From assembly GCA_038207335.1 (NCBI GenBank), contig JBBQZX010000011.1:32001-96000 (forward strand): a DNA stretch of 64,000 nt, read 5' to 3'. The translations under genes and the position numbers were made by a program. The stretch is from Chthoniobacterales bacterium (GTDB lineage: Bacteria; Verrucomicrobiota; Verrucomicrobiia; Chthoniobacterales; Chthoniobacteraceae). The notes beneath the pieces were generated by a model. That model was not told where the DNA came from. It made no database searches and worked only from the letters and a program-made list of their open reading frames with translations. Shown piece after piece: positions 57,312-64,000 of the stretch (position 1 is the first letter of the stretch; every line of letters begins with the position of its first letter).

Positions 57312-58129
57312 CAAACTTTCAAAAGCTGTCTCAAAAAGTGGAATGGCGGGTCCGCTCCATCCTCGATTCCCAAACGAGAGACTTCGGAGAGCTATCCTAC
57401 CGAATCAATCGCTTGCCAATGCGGACGCTACCTGGCGCTACTTTTCGCTTTCCTTGGGGAAAGGTTGAATATGTCTCCAGCAGTGATCTCCGAGGTCAAT
57501 TTTCGGAGATTTTTGTTGACCGACACTACGCCTTTCGTTCGTCAGTCACCGAGCCTGTCGTGATCGACGCGGGAGGGAATATTGGGCTGAGCGCGATTTG
57601 GTTCCGCCAAGAGTATCCGATGTCCAAGTTGACGGTCTACGAAGCCGATCCGACCCTAGCCTCCCTTTTGGGGCGGAATTTGGCGGCGGCAGGAATTTCC
57701 GATGTGAACGTTCAAAATGCCGCCGTCTGGACACACGACGGGTTTGTGGCGTTCGACAATGTGGGTCAAGATAAAGGTGCGGTTAGTGCGACCGGGACAC
57801 TGCAAGTTCGATCAATAGACTTGGCGCGGCAGTTGCCTGAGCGGGTGGATCTTTTGAAACTCGACGTCGAAGGTGCCGAGTATGCCATTATTGACAAGCT
57901 CTACAGCACAGGTGCCATCAAATCGGTTCAAAACTTGGTAGCCGAGTTTCACGTAAGGCGCGATAGCATCGACAGTGTTATCACTGCGTTGAGCCAACTG
58001 CGGGACTCTGGTATGCAAGTGACGATGAGTTCCGCACTAGGGCCATGGCTCGGAGCTGCAGGTGCCGTGTCTCCTTTTGAGATTGTAGGAACGGACCAGT
58101 CACTCATGGAGGTTTACGCTTGGCGCTGA
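57308..58129 (+). CDS. FkbM-family SAM-dependent methyltransferase
   Basis: IDAGGNIG, YEADP, NAAVW and DLLKLDVEGAE. ATG at 57308 overlaps the wzt stop. Confidence 0.9.
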   Translation: MTNFQKLSQKVEWRVRSILDSQTRDFGELSYRINRLPMRTLPGATFRFPWGKVEYVSSSDLRGQFSEIFVDRHYAFRSSVTEPVVIDAGGNIGLSAIWFRQEYPMSKLTVYEADPTLASLLGRNLAAAGISDVNVQNAAVWTHDGFVAFDNVGQDKGAVSATGTLQVRSIDLARQLPERVDLLKLDVEGAEYAIIDKLYSTGAIKSVQNLVAEFHVRRDSIDSVITALSQLRDSGMQVTMSSALGPWLGAAGAVSPFEIVGTDQSLMEVYAWR

Positions 58130-59274
58130 CGGTGAGGGGGGGGGGCGTTGGGGGGTTGCGCATTGCTATCGTAAATGAGCGCTGGACCGCCGGAGCAACG
58201 CGCTGTGCACGAGACCTTCAACGAGCGCTCGAGAAACGGCACACGGTACTGTATTACCCCGAACAGGGGACTGCGGCGACCCAAGATCCGCTTGCCGCGC
58301 TGAAGGAGTTTCGGCCAGATGTCGTCCATTTGCATTCCTTCTATGGTGACCTGCCCTATCCATTCCTGGCCAGTGTGGCCATGCAGTATCCAACGGTATT
58401 TACCCTCCACGATCCACGTCCGATCGGCGACATCATGCTCTCATGTTGGAGCTGCGAGGAATACCGAACCTGTTTCAAATGTCCGCTGGTCGGCCGATTG
58501 AAGCGCTACACAGTGTTGCGGCACGAATATTACCTGCGGCGACTACAGAAGAGACGAGTTCACTCCCGCCTGCCCGATAACACCACGATAGTTTGCGTGA
58601 GCGACTGGATGCGGCGACGGGTGATGAAGACAGAGTTGGCACGTTTGCGCGTGGAGCAGATCCACAATGGCATTGATCTCAACCTTTTCCGGCGCGACGC
58701 GAGCGCAAGAGCGACCTTGCGGCTTCCGACCGACGCGAAAATACTGGCGTTCGTCGCTCATCATAGCGGGTGGACGGTCGACGAGAGGAAAGGGGGGCAC
58801 ATTTTGGCCCGAGCCCTGGCTGAAATCGTCATCCCCCGTTTCCCCGACCTGATCGTCCTTGCTGTCGGTGGCGGGATGATACCGAACTTGCCCAACGTCC
58901 GGCCGATCGGGTATGTGAGTCCGGAAAACGTGACCCGCTACTACTCTGCGGCCGACGTATTCGTGGCGCCTTCCCTGGCCGACAATTTGCCCTACACCGT
59001 TCTGGAGGCAATGGGGTGTGAAGTGCCGGTGGTGGCCTCGCGGGTGGGAGGCATCCCGGAAGAAGTCGAAGACAACCAGACCGGACGGCTCTTCGCGACG
59101 GGGTCCTGGCAGGAACTGGGGGCCGCGTTGATTAGCATGCTGGCGAATCCGGAAAAAGCGGCCGCGATGGGGCAGGCCGGACGCAAACGGGCGGAAGACC
59201 TTTTCGAACGCTCCTCCTTTGTCGGCAAATACGAAAGTCTTTTTGCGTCGCTCACCACCCGCGCGACTTCATGA
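58120..59274 (+). CDS. GT4 glycosyltransferase
   Basis: PDVVHLH, FTLHD, Cys cluster CWSC..CFKCP, IHNGID and DNLPYTVLEAMGC.VPVV. Start ambiguous (58120, 58132 or 58156). Confidence 0.9.
   Translation: MALTVRGGGVGGLRIAIVNERWTAGATRCARDLQRALEKRHTVLYYPEQGTAATQDPLAALKEFRPDVVHLHSFYGDLPYPFLASVAMQYPTVFTLHDPRPIGDIMLSCWSCEEYRTCFKCPLVGRLKRYTVLRHEYYLRRLQKRRVHSRLPDNTTIVCVSDWMRRRVMKTELARLRVEQIHNGIDLNLFRRDASARATLRLPTDAKILAFVAHHSGWTVDERKGGHILARALAEIVIPRFPDLIVLAVGGGMIPNLPNVRPIGYVSPENVTRYYSAADVFVAPSLADNLPYTVLEAMGCEVPVVASRVGGIPEEVEDNQTGRLFATGSWQELGAALISMLANPEKAAAMGQAGRKRAEDLFERSSFVGKYESLFASLTTRATS
58136..58155 (+). repeat. Poly-G tracts (G10 and G6)
   Basis: G10 at 58136-58145 and G6 at 58150-58155, at the 5' end of the GT4 gene. 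Confidence 0.85.
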
Positions 59275-60503
59275 CCGTTGCTGAAAGCGACATCAAAAGA
59301 GCCACCGACGTGTCCAGTTATTCTCCGAACCCGGTTGGCGAAATCGACGGAACGATTTCCTCCGTCGGGCGACTCGAAACGAACCAACACAAAAACAGCG
59401 ACCAACGGAAGACCGAACGGTTTTATCTGCCCGAATTGGATACTCTCCGGTTCTTTGCATTCCTGGCGGTTTTTCTTGTCCACAGCCTGTCCGATCCCCC
59501 ATCTCGCTACGTCCAACTTGGGATTCCTGAACCGCTGGTGAGCCTAATCATCAGCGTCCTTGGCGCTGGGATGTTTGGGGTGGACCTTTTTTTCCTCCTA
59601 TCAAGCTTCTTGATTACCTCCCTGCTGCTTCGTGAGTACAGCAGCACGGGAAAAATTGATATCAAGGGATTCTGGATTCGCCGTTGCCTGCGAATTTGGC
59701 CGTTGTATTTCTTTTTTGTCGGGCTCGCGGGGTTTTTGCTTCCCCGCATCTTCCATTTTGTGGCGCCGCCGGAGGGCAGCCACATCCTCGGTCTGCTGAC
59801 CTTCACGCAGAACTGGGCGATTGCGTTTTCTGGCGCTGGCCGGGGCAGCCCCACCTTGGTTCTTTGGAGCGTCTCGATGGAGGAGCAGTTCTACTTTGCC
59901 TGGCCCATTCTGATCGCCTTGATGGGGATCAGCAGGCTTCGTCCGATCGCTATCGGGATGATCGTTGTTTCCTTCGTTGCGCGGATCCTCGCGATTCACG
60001 CCGGAGCGAGTGTGTCTATGCTGTGGTGTGCAACTCCATTTCGCATGGAGCCCCTTGCCGCAGGAGCCATCATTGCGTTAGCTCAAAACCAATTTCCCGC
60101 CTTCAGCAACAAGCTCCGCGTGGGGATGTTGTCGTTGGGATTGGCTATACCGGTGGTCTGCCTTTCATCTCTGGATCATTTCCCGTGGGGAAAGGCGGCG
60201 ATATTTCCACTCGTTACTGTCGGGTGTACGCTGATCTTCCTCTCCATCCGTGGAGCGAACTGGCGGTTGCTCACGCTTAGGCCGCTGGTCTATCTCGGTA
60301 AGATCTCTTACGGTCTATATGTATTTCACCAACTTGCGATCCAGTTTTCCCCCCGCTTGGCCATCCCCGGATTGCCCTTCGGTCGGTCGGTTTCGGCGCT
60401 TTTGCTGACTGTTGCACTCGCAACACTGAGCTACCGGTTTCTCGAACTGCCCTTCCTCCGGTTGAAGGACCGCTTCGCGCACATTCGTTCACGCCCTGCG
60501 TGA
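59271..60503 (+). CDS. Acyltransferase-3 (OafA-like) membrane O-acyltransferase
   Basis: LD.LR.FA, GVDLFF.LS.FLIT, F.IRR.LRIWPLY, WS.SMEEQFY, LGKISYGLY.FH and SYR.LE.P. Confidence 0.93.
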   Translation: MTVAESDIKRATDVSSYSPNPVGEIDGTISSVGRLETNQHKNSDQRKTERFYLPELDTLRFFAFLAVFLVHSLSDPPSRYVQLGIPEPLVSLIISVLGAGMFGVDLFFLLSSFLITSLLLREYSSTGKIDIKGFWIRRCLRIWPLYFFFVGLAGFLLPRIFHFVAPPEGSHILGLLTFTQNWAIAFSGAGRGSPTLVLWSVSMEEQFYFAWPILIALMGISRLRPIAIGMIVVSFVARILAIHAGASVSMLWCATPFRMEPLAAGAIIALAQNQFPAFSNKLRVGMLSLGLAIPVVCLSSLDHFPWGKAAIFPLVTVGCTLIFLSIRGANWRLLTLRPLVYLGKISYGLYVFHQLAIQFSPRLAIPGLPFGRSVSALLLTVALATLSYRFLELPFLRLKDRFAHIRSRPA

Positions 60504-60678
60504 CACTCAGATTTTGGTCTGCATGCCCTTCCATCAGCATCACTATCGCCACTTCGCGCCGTCCGGTGGTATTGAGAAAACGCTCAGCCCTAGTCCGTAA
60601 CCATCTTTCAAATTCCCTCCGTCCTCCTCGTCCTTCTTTGCAGCTCGTTCGCTTTGTTTCGAAGTTTCCTATGTCTTA

Positions 60679-61884
60679 ATGAGCAGCTCTAGCTATTGGA
60701 TGAAGGCATGTCGCAAAGTCGCCTTTTTTCGGACGAATCACCATTTTCGCATCTTGCTCCGAGATTGCTTCGGTCTGACCGAGTCGATCAAAAGCGATCT
60801 TGAGCATCTGAAGGCCGCGATCGGTTGGATCATGCTCGCGCAGGAGAATTCCGGATCGAAGGGGGTCGCTCTCGCCTACACCCTGGAGCGCGGCTGGCTT
60901 CCGGCTTACCCGGAGACCACGGGGTATATCATCAATACCCTGATCCAGTATCATAAGCTCACAAACGACGCGTCATCACTTCGAGCGGCGACCGAAATGG
61001 GTGACTGGGAAGTTGCCATTCAACGGCCCGATGGCGGCGTGCGAATTCGGGTTCATAATGACGACTCCGCGGATGTCTTCGACACCGGCATGGTTCTCCT
61101 AGGCCTGACGGGGCTTTATCAGGAAACGCGCAACGAGAAATTTTTGGTTGCGTGCCGGCAAGCGGCCAACTGGCTGGTTGCTCATCAGGATGGTGATGGA
61201 AAGTGGAGCCGAGATTCCTACAAGGGAATTCCTCACGCTTATCATTCCAAGGTCTCGTGGGCTCTCCTTGAGATGCACGCTATTACCAGCGATGTCAAAT
61301 ATTCTGAAGCCGTCAGAAATAATCTGGAGTGGATTTTCTCGGTGCGGCGACCCAACGGGTGGTTTGACTACATGGGATTTGAAAAAAACGACAATCCCTT
61401 CACCCACACCATCGCATACACATTGCAGGGTTTTTGGGGTATCTATAAACTACTGGATGGAGGAAATCCGTGGAAACAGAAACTATATGACGAAATTATC
61501 GAATTCAGTGATCGGATAATTAGTCGGTTTGCCCTGAACGACAAGAGCGACCGTATGCGAATTTTACCCGGACAGCTGGACAGCAGTTGGGAGGGAGCCG
61601 CAGACTATGTGTGCTTAACGGGAAACGCGCAATTTAGCATCGTTTGGTTCGAACTCTACCTCCAGACCCGGAAGAGCAGTTATTATGAGGCCGCCAACAA
61701 CCTGTTGAATGTCGTCAAAAGGAGCCATAGGCTAACTGGACCAAATGTCCCCTATCGGAACGGAATCGCCGGTTCCTATCCCATCTGGGGCCGGTATCAT
61801 CCCACGCAATACCCCAACTGGTCGGCAAAGTTCTTTGCCGACGCACTGTTGCGGAAAATCCAAGCCGACACAGCCGAAGCTTAA
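60679..61884 (+). CDS. Alpha/alpha-toroid protein (prenyltransferase/squalene-cyclase-repeat or glycoside-hydrolase-like)
   Basis: YPETTGYII, WE..IQ.PDG, FDTG, WL..HQD.DG.W, THTIAY, CLTGNAQ and YPNWSAKFFAD, with QW-like repeats. Confidence 0.75.
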   Translation: MSSSSYWMKACRKVAFFRTNHHFRILLRDCFGLTESIKSDLEHLKAAIGWIMLAQENSGSKGVALAYTLERGWLPAYPETTGYIINTLIQYHKLTNDASSLRAATEMGDWEVAIQRPDGGVRIRVHNDDSADVFDTGMVLLGLTGLYQETRNEKFLVACRQAANWLVAHQDGDGKWSRDSYKGIPHAYHSKVSWALLEMHAITSDVKYSEAVRNNLEWIFSVRRPNGWFDYMGFEKNDNPFTHTIAYTLQGFWGIYKLLDGGNPWKQKLYDEIIEFSDRIISRFALNDKSDRMRILPGQLDSSWEGAADYVCLTGNAQFSIVWFELYLQTRKSSYYEAANNLLNVVKRSHRLTGPNVPYRNGIAGSYPIWGRYHPTQYPNWSAKFFADALLRKIQADTAEA

Positions 61885-62107
61885 CGCCGTTCTTTCCCAG
61901 TCCGAGGAAAGGGACTGAATGTTTTTCCAATGGGCAGAGCGCTCTGGCGCGAAGTTTCGTTTTCGAGCGAATCGAGCCAATCCACCCATAGTTGATTATG
62001 AATCGAACATCCGGTCTATCCTGACGGTTGCGCTGCCTCTTTTCATTTGCGTGTCGGCTGAAGTGGTCGCCTCCGAAACCTGCGATTAATTTTTCGCTCA
62101 CCCTTCT

Positions 62108-63076
62108 GTGCCTAGCATCAGTATCATCATTGCGACGTGCTCGCGGTCGGCGGATCTCGAACAAACGCTTCGTTCGCTCGCCGCTGTCCAAATCCCGGAC
62201 GGCTGGCACGTCGAACTGGTGCTGGTGGAAAGTGGATGTCAATCTGGGGCTGAATCGGTGTTGCAATCTTTTCGGCCCGCGCGTTTCCAGAAAAGCACAT
62301 ACTTTTTTGAACATTTGCGAGGTAAGTCGAGGGCTCTAAACCGCGCCTTGGCGCACGCAGGGGGCGAAATCCTTCTCTTTTCAGATGACGATGTTCGGTT
62401 CCCAAGCAACTGGATCGAGGCAATGTGCTCCCCGATTGCCGGTGGGGTCGCTGACGCCCTTGCCGGCGGGGTCAGGCTGGCCCCTCACCTCCTTCGACCT
62501 TGGATGAATCACACCCACAGGGCTTGGCTTGCCTCAACGGCTGATTATCTTGCACCCGACCATCCGTCGGAAATGTGCGGTGCGAACATGGCAGTGCATC
62601 GGCATGTCTTTGATCGAATCGGCGAATTTGACGAGGAGCTTGGACCGGGAATCACGGGTGGCGGTGAAGAATCACTGCTATCCTGGCAAATTATGGAAGC
62701 TGGGTTTACGATCACAGGCGCACTCGACGTCCAGGTCGAGCACCACCTCGCCCCGGAGCGCCTTCAATACAAGAGTTGGATCAATGCCGCCCGCCTGAAA
62801 GGTGAGGAGGACGCCTACCACCTCCACCATTGGATTCACGGAGGCATGCGATTTCCCCGACTGATGCGTTATTACTACCAGACAAAGCTGTCTCTGCGAA
62901 GGGCGTTCGCGGGAAGGCGAAAACTGGATACTGAAGGAATCGCTCCTTGGGAATTGAGTTATCTTCGGGACTCGGCGAAGTTGGCTCGCTTCGAAGTGGA
63001 GCGTTGCCGGGAGCGAAATTACGATTTACGCGGACTCCGGAAGCACAACCCAGACCGCCAAACCGTCGCCGTATGA
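62108..63076 (+). CDS. GT2 glycosyltransferase
   Basis: SIIIAT..R, GKSRALN, LFSDDD, GANMA and FDEELGPG..GGEE. Confidence 0.92.
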   Translation: MPSISIIIATCSRSADLEQTLRSLAAVQIPDGWHVELVLVESGCQSGAESVLQSFRPARFQKSTYFFEHLRGKSRALNRALAHAGGEILLFSDDDVRFPSNWIEAMCSPIAGGVADALAGGVRLAPHLLRPWMNHTHRAWLASTADYLAPDHPSEMCGANMAVHRHVFDRIGEFDEELGPGITGGGEESLLSWQIMEAGFTITGALDVQVEHHLAPERLQYKSWINAARLKGEEDAYHLHHWIHGGMRFPRLMRYYYQTKLSLRRAFAGRRKLDTEGIAPWELSYLRDSAKLARFEVERCRERNYDLRGLRKHNPDRQTVAV

Positions 63077-64000
63077 GCAAAGCACGACTCATCGCCTTCT
63101 ATCTCCCACAGTTTCATCCGATCCCGGAGAACGACGAATGGTGGGGGAAGGGGTTCACTGAGTGGACGAATGTCACCCGGGCGAAGCCGCTCTTTCCCGG
63201 ACACTACCAGCCGCGCCTGCCCGCGGATCTCGGCTTCTATGATCTCCGTATCCCGGAAGTGCGGGCTGCCCAGGCGGAACTCGCTCGCCAAGCCGGCGTC
63301 GAGGGATTTTGCTACTGGCATTACTGGTTCGCCGGCCGGCGCGTACTGGAACGCCCGCTCGCCGAAGTCGTCTCCTCCGGTGAACCGGACTATCCGTTTT
63401 GCCTCGCTTGGGCAAACGACACTTGGAGTGGTCATTGGTATGGTGCCGGGAGAAGGACCTTGATCGAGCAGACCTATCCCGGGAAAGCGGATCACGAGCG
63501 CCACTTCCACTCGCTTCTGGAGGCCTTCCACGATCCCCGCTACATCCGCGTGCACAACCGGCCAATTTTCACGATTTTTCGGCCAAAGAGTCTGCCCAAC
63601 AGTGAGGCATTCATTGAACTTTGGCAGGATCTTGCGGCCCGGAACGGCCTGGATGGAATTCACTTTGTCGCCCACCTCTTCGATGACGAACTCGATTACC
63701 AGTGGCGAGCGGCAGGGTATGGCGGCGCGGTCATGACGAACGAACTGAAGCTCGTTCGGCGTCGTTTGTGGCACATTGCTAAAGAAAAGTTTCGTATCTC
63801 GAAAAGTGAGCCGCATCCGGCCCAGAAAGCTAGCAGAACGCTGGAGGCAGCAACTGGCACAGGGCGACTTGTCTTGCACCGGATTCTTCAGCGACTCCTC
63901 CGATGGCCGGGCGGGGTGCACTACTACCAGGACGCCATGTTATTCTTCAAGTCTGCAAAGGCGCTGGAACTTGGATGTTATCCGTCAGTAGTTCCCGGCT
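63073..64000 (+). CDS. WbsX-like / GH99-like domain protein (partial, runs off the window)
   Basis: Manual translation from the ATG at 63073: MSKARLIAFYLPQFHPIPENDEWWGKGFTEWTNV...DLGFYDLR...GFCYWHYWF...FCLAWAN. Not in the ORF track. Confidence 0.92.
   Translation, partial: MSKARLIAFYLPQFHPIPENDEWWGKGFTEWTNVTRAKPLFPGHYQPRLPADLGFYDLRIPEVRAAQAELARQAGVEGFCYWHYWFAGRRVLERPLAEVVSSGEPDYPFCLAWANDTWSGHWYGAGRRTLIEQTYPGKADHERHFHSLLEAFHDPRYIRVHNRPIFTIFRPKSLPNSEAFIELWQDLAARNGLDGIHFVAHLFDDELDYQWRAAGYGGAVMTNELKLVRRRLWHIAKEKFRISKSEPHPAQKASRTLEAATGTGRLVLHRILQRLLRWPGGVHYYQDAMLFFKSAKALELGCYPSVVPG

Overview
GC-rich bacterial DNA. The gene content (DUF1552/DUF1592 pair, PQQ-like propellers, FabV, Bat-type MoxR locus) suggests a PVC-superphylum organism, probably Verrucomicrobia; this is an inference. 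Four blocks are visible. (1) 0.2-21 kb: a tightly coupled minus-strand cluster that looks like an uncharacterised aromatic-acid biosynthetic pathway. It encodes an EhpF/GriC-type adenylating enzyme, a sulfotransferase, an ALDH-fold reductase lacking the usual catalytic Glu, an Fe-ADH, a HemN-like radical SAM, a chorismate-lyase-like protein, a flavin halogenase-family enzyme, two beta-propellers, a CxxC-GT4, a thioesterase, a PaaK-like ligase and an FtsX/LolD-type ABC exporter, and is flanked by cytochrome b562, a GlcD-like gene and fabV. (2) 22.5-34.3 kb: an accessory region with at least six frameshift or nonsense lesions. It holds DUF1552/DUF1592, SulP, two convergent PIN toxin-antitoxin pairs (one bracketed by 58-bp direct repeats) and a truncated gene paired with an ASCH gene. 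(3) 34.4-43.8 kb: a MoxR/DUF58/two-VWA operon built around a 1189-aa membrane-anchored protein. (4) 44.7-64 kb: a surface-polysaccharide locus with both a Wzc-like pseudokinase and Wzm/Wzt, running off the window end. No rRNA, tRNA or CRISPR array was seen. All family calls come from motif recognition by eye; no database searches were run.
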